A stretch of 64,000 nt of DNA, taken from the NCBI GenBank assembly GCA_030141605.1, contig JAQGDQ010000122.1, positions 248,001 to 312,000 of the forward strand, given 5' to 3'. A program made the position numbers and the translations under genes. How positions within the stretch are numbered: the stretch's first letter is position 1; each line of letters starts with the position of its first letter. The stretch comes from Tubiluchus corallicola (taxonomy: Eukaryota; Animalia; Priapulida). A model generated the notes under the pieces. That model was not told where the DNA came from. It did not search any database and saw nothing but the letters and a program-made list of their open reading frames with translations. Positions 1 through 16,399 of the stretch are shown piece after piece.

Positions 1-619
1 CAGTCAAATAAAAAACAATAATAATAGTTAATGCTTATCCTGCTCTGGTACTGTACTGTCCTTTGCTCTACTGTACGGCACTAAATTCCTAATTTGAAAA
101 GAAAACTGCCGTTGAATGTTCAAATTTAAACAAAAAATGACATTGCTCGTTTCCTGTTTCAACAGACAGCCAGCAAACATGTAATTACAACCTTCACAAG
201 CCCCCCCCCCTCCCTGACAGAAGTACTCAATCATGTTTAGAAGTAACACACTGTGCCATATAACCTAGCTGCTATCTGCAGTATTTTATCATCCAATAAT
301 CTCAGCACCGTTTCCACAGCTCTTGCTGGCTATTAGCTCCCATGCTTTTTCATTGAAATGAAGACAACAGCAGTAGACAGCTGGTCTAATAAATTACTCG
401 TCTAGTGTAATACAGCGTCCGGTTATAATTATAACCTTATATAAAACATATCCGTATTACATACACAGACAGGATGCAATTGTCTCATTTACTCCAATTT
501 CGAAATGAGTAATAGAACTGACGTAAGGGGTCTTATTTAGAAGACGCTTTAATGTGTAAGTGTGCACAGCAGAATGTGACAGTTATTCGAGCGTTATTGT
601 ACAGGGTGTTCCAAGAAAT

Positions 620-978
620 GGTAACAGGTAATAAAATCACAGAAAAGTCACAGGAAAGTCAATAAATTTATGATTGCCAGAACAAAAATCACAATTTTGG
701 CTAGGAGAGTTAGGTAATCAAACAAAAATATACAAGTCAGTCATAATTTAGTTGTACCATAAACAATTAAAGTAGCAAAACAAAATATTTTTAATCAGTT
801 ATTAACAGGCAAAGTATGACTTGTACATATTGACAACACTATTTATATATCATGGCATTACATGTATGTGAAAAAATCATATTTTGTTCAATCTCTTAGG
901 GTTAGTGTTAGGGTTATTTCTTTTTCGCCATAACTTTTTCCTGTGGGTTTTTTCCTGTGACTTTTTACCTGGATTCCC
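620..978. mobile_element. Non-autonomous DNA-transposon-like (MITE-like) element; inverted partial copy at ~1843-1990
   Basis: Left end ggtaacaggtaataaaatcacag..aaaagtcacaggaaa is mirrored by right end tttcctgtgactttttacctggattcc; internal ttagggttag motif; 815-965 recurs in reverse complement at ~1843-1990. Confidence 0.5.
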
Positions 979-1339
979 ACGAAACAGTGGACTAAAGATC
1001 TGGTATATATATATATATATATATACATATATCACTATATACACTACAGATCAGATATATATATATATATCAGATATTTAGTGCACTGATATTTAGTATA
1101 TTGTGCTATACACTATATATTGGAATGTACGTTATAAATTCCAATATATATGTATATACATATATACATATGTGTATAGCACAGTATACTGATAAGTTTA
1201 AGTATTTGCTGGGGGCACTGTTTCTTGTGAACACAATGCTCATGTACAAGCTCTGGTATTGCATGACTAGTGACAAAGTGACTAGTCAGTCAGTCACACG
1301 TGATTTTGATTGATTGTGTGACAGTGTGAATTGCAAATT

Positions 1340-1710
1340 CGATTTTGAGCAGTAGAATGTACATGATCAAAAACGAAGATTTATACACTAGAACGAAAGA
1401 AATTCCTTGGAGTTCAAAAGCCAAGCTCCAAAGATTACGATGGCTAAGACATCTTCTGAGATTACCAAGTGAAGTACCAATAAGAATCAAGGAAGCCTTA
1501 TAACACTGCAAAAAACCACCAGGCAAACCGAAAACAACTTGGATAGTTAAGATAAATAAAACTGTTCAACAACTTCAAACAAAACTATCTTTAGAAGTAT
1601 AAACACTTACGCTGTTAGCTGCAGATAGGAGTGGGTGGAATACTCTAATAAATGTTAATGCCTCAATGTGTACAACAATAGATGGAATGACACTTTGAAG
1701 AAGAAAAAGA
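1340..1710 (+). mobile_element. Degraded 3' end of an RTE-like LINE ORF2
   Basis: Manual translation QRLRWLRHLLRLPSEVPIRIKEAL*HCKKPPGKPKTTWI...LAADRSGWNTLI matches the typical RTE C-terminus (RLRW.GH..R...GRP..TW....A.DR..W); followed by a short (GAA)n tail. Confidence 0.75.
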
Positions 1711-3781
1711 AAGTACGATACATTCACACATTAGCATTTTACAATCTACATTGTTTCATTCTATATTTAGTTTAAACTTTATTTATTTAAAGTAAATTCA
1801 CAATACAGACTACATATGATACAAGTATGTTCACTAACGTACTGGGGAAAAGTCACAGGAAAAAAGAAATGAACCTAACCCTAATCACAAAACCCATAAT
1901 GCTATCATATTGAACGAAACATGATTTTTTTCACATACGTGTAATTCCATCATATATAAAGATTATTGTCAATATGTACAAGTCATGAATTGTCAGTTAA
2001 TAATGGTATTTTATAGAAATTTTACTAATGTACAGTTCCAAAATATGCAAATGAAAAATAAATTCACATCAACGATATCATATCATAATCATAACTATGT
2101 AACATCACGGCACGTAATGTCATCACATAAAATTTCTGATACAAGAGTGTTGCATTAATTAGATACTCAAGTAATAAAAATGGTAGCACAACTGGGGATT
2201 CCCAGGCTATTTTATTGTTTGCTCAAAAAGATTGTCTTGACTTTAGATAGATGAAAGTTTTTTGCACTGCAGACCTAAAGAAGAAATGAACAAGTCGGCA
2301 TCTCAAAGAGAGTTTATTTGTTTGTTCTTTTGCTCAAGAAATGAGACCATTTAAACACCAATCAGCGCACCCAGTCAGAATTCACAACGTAATTAGTGAT
2401 AATAAGTACTAATAACAGCAACCTGCTAATTAGTATAAAAGTACAAAGAACGTTTTAAATAGAAAATCGTCAATTTAATGGAATTAAAGAGAAACGGGAC
2501 CAAATCTTAAACTGTAGGTCAAAACAATCTATTCTGTAAATATTGAAAGGTGAACATACTATTTTTTCAAGAATAAGTTACGCGAAGGTATTAATCCCAC
2601 GCAATTTCGCTTTCGCGCGTCTGCTTCTTCTCTGTTACATGCATAATGCCATGCATTAGTCGGGCGCGGACTAATGCCTGCTTTTCAGAAACGCATTGCA
2701 CAAAACACAGGTGCTGTACCTCTCAGTTCAGAGACGTTCGAGAGCTCATGCATGCGGTAAATTTGAAACTTAATTATATTCTTAAAACTTGCAGACACAC
2801 CACATTAGTACAATATACTATATCTCTTACAGTGGCACTATACTTCAATCTTCGCTTTTACAAACACAAGCAACACGCTCATGGGATGTTTTTACTGGTG
2901 AAAATCAAGTCCATTTTTGGCTAGTTCAGCTCGACCGTCGTTAACTAAGAATTTAATCTATTATTTAATTATCAGAAATGCTTTTGCAGTACTATTGGTG
3001 AGTTAAAAAGTATACTTTTTACAGTACTTCAAAATGGAGTAGGACATGAAAAACCGCCTCGTTTTCCTTTAAATTTAATTTATGAGGAATACCAATAACA
3101 CAATTCACATGCGATCTAACCCCCCCCCGCGCCCGCCCTAACCCCTTTCTACCCAACACCGACTTTCATAACGCAATTTTATTTGATCTTCAATTTGTTC
3201 ACTTGCAAAAGTAAATTCTCCTGATTTATGCAAACACGTTTAATTGACAGTGTTGACTCTTCTGGGACAGACTGTCAATTGGTCTGTTTAGCGTGGCGGA
3301 TCCACGACAAGGGTTCAACAATTTGGTGGTTACAAAACTCGCGTTTAACTTACCTAGTATTAATACGAGGAAAGAGAAGTGATAAACCCAGTACAAGTAT
3401 TATACAACACCCCTTTCTAGAGACGCCACCTTAATTTTCTCAACTATTTCCTTACGCAAATATGCACTAGATGCTTTGGTCATATTAATGAAACGCATTC
3501 TTAATAAAGTGGCATAAAACAGAACCCACTGTGGCGGAAGCTATCACTCAGATAAATTCTAATCACAGAAATGGGTTTAATCGTTAAAAGCGTCTGGCGA
3601 AATGTTTGATTCCAAGATTTATTCTAGCTCTGCGTTTAAGCTGTTGGAGAATCTGATAACACAATGTGACCGCTCTCTGAATGACTCCAGTTTATGGTAA
3701 TTTGCTCTTTCGGGGTACTGAGTTAATTAGTAGCCCTGAAGAGACAAGCAGATATGCAGGTAAGCAGACAGGCAGAGAGAC

Positions 3782-4080
<299 letters not shown>

Positions 4081-4766
4081 CTGTAAGAATATAATGAGTG
4101 TATAAATGCAGGAATGTTCTCACTAAACAGCAGCTGTTTGACATGCTCACAGCAGCTGTATGAATCTCACGATGTTTTTGCTGATACTTGATACAAAAAT
4201 CTTTCTACAAGATCATTGTGTAACACATTTTCAGCTGAAGGATTGGGAAAAGCGAGCTACATATGTAGACACGTATTCTATAGGCTCTAAACTAACTAAA
4301 TAGAATTACTAGCTAACATTTGCCGTCAAACTTGCAATAAGGATGGCGAAATGAACCAATCAGACCCATCACAGCTACTTAATTAGAAATGCAAGGCATC
4401 TACAAATCATGGGGTTTGAAATTTCAAGCTTAAAATTTCAGGAAAAGTTCACCGTTTTGCAAAACAGACAGAGAAACAGAGAGAAATTCTGTTGAATAGC
4501 TCAGCATACAAGAGACACACAAATAGACAATCATGCACACCATGATGATAATGGCAATGACAACAATGTTGGTAACGATGACGTTCACACAATAATGATA
4601 GTCAGGTGACGATCACCTAACGATGACGATAGTGGTAGTGGCCACGAAGATGATAGCTTTAGCGAATTAAAAATGAGTAATTTACTAACCCATGGAGCTA
4701 ATAAATCGGGGAAAAACACACTTGCAATAAGGGTAGTTCAATCCAATGCGTTTTAGCGCTTTAAAT

Positions 4767-5119
<353 letters not shown>

Positions 5120-7856
5120 ACCATTGACTATAATTATGGAATTGATATAATCATGATAGGGTGTCATTTGGGGTAAAGCATTCGAATCACTGATTTCCCT
5201 GTGGCGTTTGAGCCACTCAAAGAACAAAATACACAATACAATACAAGTCATGCGTTACTTCCATTTACATGTATTACTTGCAGCTCAATTAATCAATGGG
5301 GAACAATTTATGATTCAGCATTTTTGCCAACGTGAATAAAAAGATCATTTTATTATGGAAACTTCCGGCCCAGAGATAAGCGTCTTTTGTGCGCAAAATA
5401 TTGTCATTTATCTTGTCGTATAAATAATGTAAATCATCTTGTCCTCCCAGAAGTCGAATTATCTACAAAATACTGATGGTGTAGTAGTAAAGGGTGTCCC
5501 CAAAGAAACACTGCAGTAGAAATGTGCAGATACGAAGATCAAATTACGAAAATGTCACAATTAACTTCTGAAGTGATACAAGTTTAGCCAAGTAGCAGTT
5601 TTTGACTGATAACCTTGATACCATACGGTTTGAGACCCGAAACTGAACTGAACTGTATAGATGATGTAAAAGATACTACTAAAATGCATGTAGGTGTGTA
5701 TTTGCATAATTCTAATTTATCACTTGTATACATAATATTTATACATTCCACTGTATGTTTCTACAAGACAAGGTGCTGAAGGGAACACCAGTTTGCAAAC
5801 AAACACTGAGTACTAAAAGGACTACCATTGCACACATTAGAAAACATCCACAGAAAGTTGGAGCACGAACAGCGAGAGGACGTTATTGATGTGATTAAGC
5901 TGAAGACCTACCCTTGGATGTAACGTGTTTTATTGGCTGCCACACAACTGCTCAGCACCAGAATCATTCGCCAACCAAGAAGGTCTACTCACTGCAGCCA
6001 AACTTAAAACCATAATACAGTAACACAATTTCCTTCTTATGTTTTCTTTTTCCTCTGCCAATCCTGACAAATAATAACTTACATTCGTATTCAAACACTC
6101 ATCCTGATAAAGTAATAAATAGAGCAACTCAGTCCCAAAAACCATTTACAATGATTACATGGCACTAGAATGCCACCAAGGCTGGAGCAAAATCAACATC
6201 AGAACACCCCTCGGCTTAATAGATCAACCCAAACAATGAATCATCAACCTCAAAAGTGCTGGAAGCTGTGGAGACGAAGCTTAGTAGAGCTAATCAATAA
6301 TATTGCTAGCTGGACACAGACAGTAACCTTGCGTGAAGCCATATCACATTGCAGTCATTGATAATTATCCAGGCAATAATTAAATGATGAGTGCAAAAAT
6401 ATCACGCACGCATACACGAACACGCACCACTCAACATGTCAGTTATAACAACCAGCGATTAAAATTACAACTTAGATGCATTTTGAAGATTTTATAAAAA
6501 TGCAGGCTCAATTCGTGCTTTAAGAGTTTCTCAAGGTAAAAAACTGAAGAAAACAGTTGCCTACTTTATGCCTTATTATCATCACTTTTTTCTTAGTCTG
6601 CTACTTAATATACAGCAAATGCAAAAATCATCAAAATTCATGCCTCGAAGAAAGAACCAAGGCACTGACAAAAAGCAGTTGCTGTTCTTTGGGCTTTGAG
6701 GTCAATTGCAATCCCTGTCAATAGGAGGCTCTTACATCAATAAATGTCATAGGCACAATAAGTAGTACAAGGACAATCAACACAAACAAAAGCAATAGTT
6801 TATACATGTATAAATAATTAAAACTTAAATACAGTGACACAGTCAGCCAAGATCAGCCAATAATGGTAATAACCTGCATTTTTTGCTACAGTAATCTTAA
6901 TATAACGTGACTATGTTTAACAGGATACTGAACACTTTGTAACCATGATCACAGTTTTTCTTAGTTTCTCGCTCCATTTCATCTTTCATTCACTACTCCC
7001 CCCCCCATTTTTTTTAAGATTTCCACATACAGTTTGGCCTGTCAAGCTATGCTTTTAGGCTCAAACTGTATGCATCAAAAAATTATTCTGTAATGAAATT
7101 TGCACATGTATATCCCGCATTATGAAATTTCTTAATAATATTGCATTTATTCATATTTATATTTACTCAAATGGAAAATTATCTGCATTTTAATGCTAAT
7201 TGTAATGATGCAATGTGGAAAATGAATAAAACTCTTGAAACTCTTGATCTTGCAGTTTAGGCATATTGCTAACAATCCAATTAAGCCCAGAAATTTCATA
7301 AAGTATGGCTTGTTGCTAATGACTACATGCATTTATAGAGACACCCTGTGGTAAAACCCGAGTATCTTTTTATTAGTCAATAAGTAATACAGTTAGCTGC
7401 ATGTTGATGGACAGGCCACATGGTGCAAATTAGTATCATAAATATAATTTATTACACAATAATGCACTTATTACTGTTCTGTTCTGCTTCAGTCGACGCA
7501 AAATATGGACAGAAAAAGCAGTAAAATAAATTCCACAAAAATTCCCGCATAATTTCATTGTTGCGCGATCAATAATCGGGAACTAAATGGTAGAAAAGCT
7601 CTTTCAGATCAAACGTTTTTAATACAATTGTCAATAGCTAGTTTTTCAAGCCCCATAGAATTGGTTAGCCCCGCAATTATGTTGTTTCCTTCTGGAATTG
7701 GCAACGTTTGTTAAAACAGGCAGACAATTTGAGCTAAATAACAAAAACTAATCAACTTACAGGAATGCAAAATAAATCTGAAAAAAAACACTTGGAATAA
7801 GGGTGGCTCATTTTAAAATGTTTTAACACTCTAAATATTCAATAAAACATTCTCAC

Positions 7857-8260
<404 letters not shown>

Positions 8261-9967
8261 CTGAATCGCTTGCAAAAGAATCCACATGAAATAATCTTCT
8301 TAATTAATATAAGAAGGCCTAGATAATTCATAAAAGGTAAATTAAACGAATTTATAAATAATTGTTATTACACTAACAACAAGTCTGCATTGAGTGTAAT
8401 TAGAACTACATAACATTTAATGTGGAAAGCAGCGATACAAACTCAAACAATTTGTCTGGGTAAAAAACAGCATGATTGCAGGTACCTGTAAGCTGTCCTT
8501 CAGCACAGACAAGGTCAGATAAAATAACTTGTTTGTTTATTACAGGAAGCCATAAACAAACTTGCAAAAACAACCTCCAGGGTGCACTAAACTGCACGCT
8601 GCACTAATAAATATGCAGTTGAGTAAAAAATAAACAAACAGATTACACATAGATATAGTATTTTTATACTTCAGCACATTAAATAATATTATTCCTAATC
8701 TATGCTCCCGGTGAGGTTGATTTCAATAATAACATGTTGCGCGAATGCGCATGCGCTGCATTTATAACAGGTGGCAGCATTACTCCATTAACGGCTCCTG
8801 TGATTTATTTTATTAGCTCATAAAAACATTACACTGCGGTTTATGCCGCCCCCAATATTACTTATCCGTCGGTTCTAGTCAACAAAACCCCGTGGTACGT
8901 TAGGCGTACAATGTACAGTAGAAATCAGGGCTCAAACTTTCCAGATCAGAGTTCATAACTTTTCTTATGCCCTATGTGCATTGTAACAGATTCCTATTAA
9001 ATGCATAGAAATTGAAAAGGCTGCTATAACTATTTAAATCACAGTCCAACCACATTTCATAATTTCATAACTAAATATAATTTATTTGGGAGAACCTTTC
9101 TCTTCGTGCTGTGTATGTGTAAAGTTTGTATGCAACACTCAGAACAAAATTATAGTAATTTCAGTTTTTGTGGAAACTTTAACTAATATTCGAGTATGCA
9201 AAACAAGATGCAAGACTCAATAAATATGTTTCTCTCTTTGTCTTAATGACATAATGAAGTACACTACATAATCATTGATTAATGAATGTAAATAGAGGAG
9301 GCGAGGTCACCTAACTAGAGGTCAACCCTACACCACCATCAAATTTAATTTGAATGTCACGTTATAGTTCATTAAATAAAATATGCGTGGCTGCAGTATT
9401 AATATTTATAGTTGTATTTATGTTTTTACAAAATATTTATCTTAAAAATATAATTATATTGTTTACACTATAGGCGTTATTGTATTTATCCTGTTATACT
9501 TTAGAATAATTTCTTTACTCGACTACATTATTGTAAAACTGAAGACAAATGAAACCATAGATAGCAATTAAGCTTGTATTCAGTAAAAACTAAACAAATC
9601 AATAACAGAAAAAACAACAAGAACTCAAAATAGAGATGAATGCAAAAAAGAAAATAATGAATAATGAAAAATAATTATTTTTCTCTGAAGTTTCAAGTAC
9701 TTAATCTTAAATTAATAATGTAATTGCCTTAACACACTGTCCTAATCCATCCGATATCTGAGATAAGTAAATGTGCAATGGAAGTCTACCAATACGAAAA
9801 AAGGATGTATATATATCCAAATACGGGTGAGACACCTCTGTTGGTTCAATGGCTCATCTTAAAAGGAAGTCCTTGATAATGAGCCAAACTCCAATCTCTG
9901 CTGACACCATATTTGGCCTCTGAGTGCAGAATTCTAATTTTAGCTTCATCAAGTCTTTTTATAAACT

Positions 9968-10390
9968 CAGGCGTATCATGATACGTATTGTATAGTGAGG
10001 TTAGTATCGTGAGATGTATGATATCATTAGGTGTATCATGATACGTATTGTATAGTGAGGTTAGTATCGTGAGATGTATGATATCATCAGGCGTATCATG
10101 ATACGTATTGTATAGTGAGGTTAGTATCGTGAGATGTATGATATCATCAGGCGTATCATGATACGTATTGTATAGTGAGGTTAGTATCGTGAGATGTATG
10201 ATATCATCAGGCGTATCATGATACGTATTGTATAGTGAGGTTAGTATCGTGAGATGTATGATATCATTAGGTGTATCATGATACGTATTGTATAGTGAGG
10301 TTAGTATCGTAAGATGTATGATATCATCAGGCGTATCATGATACGTATTGTATAGTGAGGTTAGTATCGTGAGATATATCATATCATGAC
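9968..10390. repeat. 60-bp minisatellite, ~7 near-identical copies
   Basis: Unit caggcgtatcatgatacgtattgtatagtgaggttagtatcgtgagatgtatgatatcat repeats in register with the 60-base lines. Confidence 0.97.
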
Positions 10391-11196
10391 CTAAGTGTAA
10401 CGTAGCGAAAAGTGGCATAAAAACACAAATGGCTCCATAAAAAGTCATGTGAAGGCAGCAAAAGATATTGAAAGTATCATTTGTTATCAGACAGTGAAAG
10501 TAATTTTAAGCGAAGAGGATTTGATAGGATTTCTTAGAACTGATAAGATCATAACAAACTTGTAGCAGTTCACAAATGCAAGGCAACAAATCTTTATTTT
10601 TAGCTTTTTGTGTTCATGTTCTTTTCCTATCTAGCATGCAAAATAGCAATTGAAAGCAAAAATAACGAGGAACGAGGAAAGAATACACGATCTTGCATCT
10701 GGTTTATCAAAACAGCAATAACAAGAGACGTATTTTTTCACATTATATCCAGACGGGTAGGGTTTCTTTCCCCCCGGTTTGCATTTGCTAATGAATGGCC
10801 CACAGCTGTAAAAACTGCCAAACTGGGCCAAAGCAACACATTCCCTCAGTAAGAATCTTCAAGCCTTGACCACTTTATTCAATATTCACTACAGCAACTA
10901 ACACAAAGGATTCTTCCTCCGGTATCCTGCTTACGAAAAGCCTCTTACTCTAGCAACTAACCCTAAAACATTGTCCAAAAATAGATAATGCCAACTATAA
11001 TTTTAAACAATAGACATTTCTTGAATGACAACTGAATCTACCCAAATTTGCCAATTTTTACGGCCACCACTAATCCAATTAATATATAGGCCCAGCACTG
11101 CTTAACTTTCGGGCAAAGTACATACAGTGAGTACTCACTTATTCCTCTGGCCTCTGCTTTTACCACATTGTTTAATAATGGAGTCTTCTTTTAACA

Positions 11197-11322
11197 TAGA
11201 TTATCTTGCTCTTGGGGCGCTAGTATTGACCATCTTGTACAAAAATGGACTTTCTTCTAATAGATTATCTTGCTCTTGGGGCGCTAGTATTGACCATCTT
11301 GTACAAAAATAACTTTCTTCTA
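11197..11322. repeat. 64-bp tandem duplication
   Basis: tagattatcttgctcttggggcgctagtattgaccatcttgtacaaaaat at 11197 and 11261. Confidence 0.9.
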
Positions 11323-12816
11323 ATACTGACCACTTAGTAAGAACAGTGCCAAGCTCAACCCTATGCTCTGCTTATAGTAATGTTGTTTTAGCAAGATTTC
11401 AGTAAAGATCAAACGAGATGTAGACAAGATTTAATCACAACGATACCATCGTTTTTTTCTCATCTTGTAACACAATCTAGAAAAACACGTTTTCAATATG
11501 GACAGAATATACACCATGGGAGGTAGAAATACTACACCCGCAGCCAGAATGCCCACAGCTGGACAAAAACATGTCCATACGCAGAAAAAAGTATTAAAGA
11601 AAGCAAGACTTGATGGTCTGCTTCAAATTTAAGAAATATGGTACAAAGGTTAAACAAAAAAGTAAAATGAAACTTGGCAAAACACGACAGCTTCGAATAA
11701 CCCTATTTAAACTCCAACAAACATAAACTCAAATTTAACATTGTAAATAAATGCTCTTGCCAATAATCCAAGGTACTAATTTAAGGGAATAAAATGCTGA
11801 CTCAGAGTACCAGCTGTTGTTAGTGAATTTATTAAGGGAGACTACACTACAACTACTCCAAGTAGAATGAATTTCAGCACCATGAACTACTTTTATTCTG
11901 AACTAAACAATGCCAGACATAACATTTCCTGCTGTGATAAACCCAGATTTAATCGTCGTTTTATTCCTTATTCTTGTTTCACATTTTTTCGCGCAATTAT
12001 TCACGCTCATTCACGATTGCCCACGAAACTCTCAAGCAACCAGTTTCTAGTTCCTGACACACCACGTTTTGAGCCAGTGTGAATCAACCTTAACAGGCAC
12101 GTTAAGGTTGATATTTGAATGGATCGGAACTACTCCGTAAACGTGGCGGAATAATTACTAGAATCTGAATGTGTTTTTATTGCTGAGTTATAACTAGTCT
12201 CCAGCATGAGGTATTTCATGCATGTAAGACCCTGGGTACTTTCCAGCTATAAAACCCGATCCATTGATAAGTCCAAAATAAGCACTAGCCTTGAAAATAA
12301 TCAAATAAACCGAACATTGTGCACCACAAATAAACATCACCACACCAGGTAAACTGATTACATCATACCTGCCCACACATACCTTGAACAATTACCTGCC
12401 TTCATCCGAGAAAAACTAATTATACCAACAAGGAAAGCATCTAAATTATTACTAGACTCTGGACTCCATAACTGTAATTAGCTACACCTATTTATTACCC
12501 AGACTATTATGTTAGCCAGGTATTAGTTGTAAAGTAAGCCTAGCTGTGTAATTACGTGGAAATTGTTGGCACAAAGGTTCAAATCAATGAGGGGAATTGT
12601 AGATGATTTTATTTGAAGAAATCCAACATTTGAGAAAGTACAATAAGTGAAAGGTAAAGGAAAACCATCTTAAATTACAGCCCAAAATAATCTACGCTAT
12701 AAAATATTGAAAGGGAACTTATGTGAAAGAATTATTATCACAGAAACATAATTTCACTGTAACACGCATCCATTCACCAGTTAGACGGGCACTAGCGCCA
12801 ACGTCTCTGAAACGCC

Positions 12817-13960
12817 TTGTACAAAAAACAGATGCTGTACCTCACTGATTCCATAATATCACCCAAATCCAATGACATTACTTCTAATGCAACACTAAAA
12901 GTAGGTGACTGTTCCATAGAACAAGCAAAAACTGTAAAATTTTTAGGCATTACTGTCGACAATAAACTCACTTGGGATGAACAGTTTCATCAAATACACA
13001 ACAAGATGGCATTAAGCACGACATTCTTACGCCAAACCAGAGGCCATCTAACCAAGAAAACAAAAATTCTCATCTACAAAAGTCTAATATTACCACATTA
13101 TCTATATGGTTGCACTTTACTTCAAAACGTTAAATATGAAAACTTTAGAAAACTAAATACGATGCAAAACTACGCACTTAGATTAATTCATGGCTACTCT
13201 AACAAAACTGCTAAACAACATGCTGCTTCTGCAACAAGCTTAAGAACGTCCACAAAAATACCAATATTAGAAGCCTATCGAGATTACAAAACACTGATAT
13301 TTCTTTATAAATATATAAATAAACTGAGCATTCCATTTATAAACAATCCCTTAGCATTTATTCCTGATACCACATTGAACACTAGAACATACAATTTAAA
13401 GCAAATTACAGTAAACAATAAATTTGGAAATAACTCTATATCAAAACAGGCCATACATTTATGGAACTTACTACCCAGTGAAATAAAACAAATAGAATCT
13501 CTCCACCACTTTAAAAAGAAATTAAAAGAATATCAATATAACAGGTTTCAACTTCCACATTATGCATCTGATACTAATTACACGGACTCCACTTTCATAT
13601 ACCCCCGCCCCTGACTCCATATAATGATTAAAAATGAAATTTTTTAAAAAAAATTATGTAATGTAATACGTGTTATGTTAGTTTCGTGTTTCGTAACGTT
13701 AAATGTATAAATAGTGTGCACTATGTAATGTAAAATTTAATGTACTTTCCTATAATTGTTTGTGAAAATATTTTAATATGGTATTTGTAAATATGTTCAT
13801 TATATTGTATATAGTTTGCACTTTAGTTTTTTTAGTATGCACTGGACGCATTTGTCTTGAACAGTGTTGTTATTTTAACATTACGCTGAGGCTAACTCAA
13901 TTTTATTATAATGAGGGAACCGTTTTTATGACAAATAAAGAATTAATATATATATATATT
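12817..13960 (+). mobile_element. 5'-truncated LINE (CR1/L2/Jockey group): ORF2 C-terminus 12817-13614, then 3' UTR and (TA)n tail
   Basis: VKFLGITVDNKLTW (RT thumb), IYKSLILPHYLYGC, LNTMQNYALRLI and LWNLLPSEIKQIESLHHFKKKLK are hallmark LINE ORF2 C-terminal motifs; aataaa near 13934 then a TA run. Confidence 0.9.
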
Positions 13961-16399
13961 CAGATTTGTTTATATTTTTCCCACAATAACAATGTCAAAT
14001 GACAGGAATGATATAAATAACTAATAGAAAGGGAAAAGGGTGACGAAAAACTAAAATCGAGTCAGCCACCCTTTTAAAAATATAGGAACTATTGGTTTAG
14101 CAGTGTCGTTTTTTTTACTTAATCTAACAAAAAGGTAAACAAAAAGAAGTTCATAATTAATTCATAATTAGGTTAGGATTAGCTATAATAAATTAAACAA
14201 AATTCAAGCAGCAGATTTGTAGTAGTATGAGTAATGGTAAATATAAAACAATGTTCAGTTGTGACATGGTACACGTCCAAGAGCTCAAGCGTGAACTCAG
14301 CGTTAAACTTGAAATTTGAATTTTAAATTTGCGGAGTTTTTGCATATCACACTGAATGTTGTAGAGTAGCACTGGCATCCTATTTTTGCTTTTGCAAACA
14401 TGTGCAACACGCTCAAGGAATGTTTGTGCTGCGAAAATTGAACTCAGTTGTGATGATATCACTAGTTGGGCTCGTATGTCATTTTTTAAGTTTTTAATAT
14501 GTTATTTAATCATTAGAAGCACTTTGGCATTTTGTAGGCATTAAAATGCATACTTCATCATACTTCAAAATGGGGTAGGTTACGAAAAATCATCCTGTTT
14601 TCCTTTAATAAAGGAAAAGTGTAGTAAATACAGTGAAACAACACGTACCTGAAGTATTGACAGTTGTAACTTATATAGCAGATATCTACATTAGACTGAG
14701 AAAACAATACACCCATGATTTAATATTTTATCCAAATTCTTTCAAATTTTTCAAAAACTTCAGAACATTTTTAACACATCACATTCCACTTCATGTACAC
14801 ATAAGAAACAAATCACATTTCCTTTCAGGTCTTTCTTAGAATATTTGAGCTTAATGCTGGAGAACAACCAGATTTGTTTTCAAAACTAAAAATTTTGCTG
14901 TTTATTAATCACACATCAAGGCATCACTCTATTATAGACTGTATCACATACAGTGAAGTATAAAAATGAAATTTATTTCCAACAAAATACGGTAAATGCT
15001 CAAATATTATGCAATACGGATATGGCACCAGTCTAATCTACTTCCTGCCTTGATCTTTCTATACAAAGCACTTCCTCTAAGAAGTCGCTAACCAAACTAT
15101 AAAAATAAACAATCTATTTTTAACCATTTTAATTATTAATAATATGTAATATAACTATTATTACAGTATACACACATTTTTCTATAAATTATTGGTAATT
15201 TCTGATATTAATAGCACCAAACGTTATATCTCAAAGTTTCTGGTCAAAGATAATTATTATGTATGTCAGGAAATCGGGGTGTGCGTAGCTAAAAAAGAAG
15301 AGCCACAAACAAGAAGGTTACCAAAGGTTAAAGAAAAGCGGATATAGTTCCAACACAAACCATCAAAACCTAAGGAAGCAAGAAGTTTGTGTCTTGAACG
15401 TAAACTAATTTGCTGGTTTCCTATTACTTAGTAAGTTTACAACAAGAAAAATTTGTTATTTTGTACAAAAGAACACTTTATTTATACTACCAAACTATTA
15501 AAGAACAGCGAATGGCTTACGTAAGTGATTTCCTTAAAAGCCTATATAACCCACAAACACTGAAGCTTTTTCAAAAGATTATCATGATCACACAAAGAAT
15601 TCATAGTTATTATTAAACACAGAAAACTTATAAATTAGATATCACCTTTTTCTGGCAAATTTCAAATGCGTGCATTGTCGTAAAGATCGTCACGTTCGGC
15701 GTCTTTGGCACGAGTAAGCAAGAATGACACACATATCACAGAAAGCGTCTTTAGTTACCGATGTTTGGTGACCTCACGACCGTACTCACAAAGTCATTCA
15801 TCTCCCGTGGTTCTTCATAATTTAATACCTCTAACAACGAAGTGATAAAACTCAAAAGAAATGAGTATTACAGTAAATTTATAATAAAATAAATGTAATA
15901 TACACAATGATATACGCAGGATTTTAAGTTGTAAAAGCTTGTATTAATAACTTGACTTTAATTGAAAATTAGAACAATGCAGAAACATTATCAGCTTGTA
16001 AACACAAAGAATAATATAAACACAAGTACTACGGTGAATATAGTTACTAAACACGAATCAGAGCTAAAATATTAACAGAGGGGATAGGCAAACAGCCATT
16101 TAGTCCAGCTATGTTGTACGGATATTACATTGGGACGACTCATTCAAAACGTGGAATAGGATATTAGGAACTAGGAAGACATCAATACGCTATAGATTCT
16201 AGGAATCAGTTTGCTGGACTTTACGAGCAACTAAGAACACCAAAGTCCGCAACTAACAGAATTTCAAACTAAAATTAAACAATTCAATAGACAGCGAAAT
16301 CTAAGACACACTGAAGAAAAGACTTGTAATAGATTTTGAGGTATATGACTTTCCTAAAAAAACTCAAAATATAAAGTAAATTCTTGTACTTGTAGAATC

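Noticed and set aside
2654-2679. Hairpin gcattagtc-N7-gactaatgc as a Helitron end or terminator
   Set aside because: No adjacent CTRR terminus or T-tract; probably internal to an unclassified repeat
9846-10448. 200-aa ORF with 20-aa repeats
   Set aside because: Open only because the 60-bp unit lacks stops in that frame; the unique tail matched nothing I recognise
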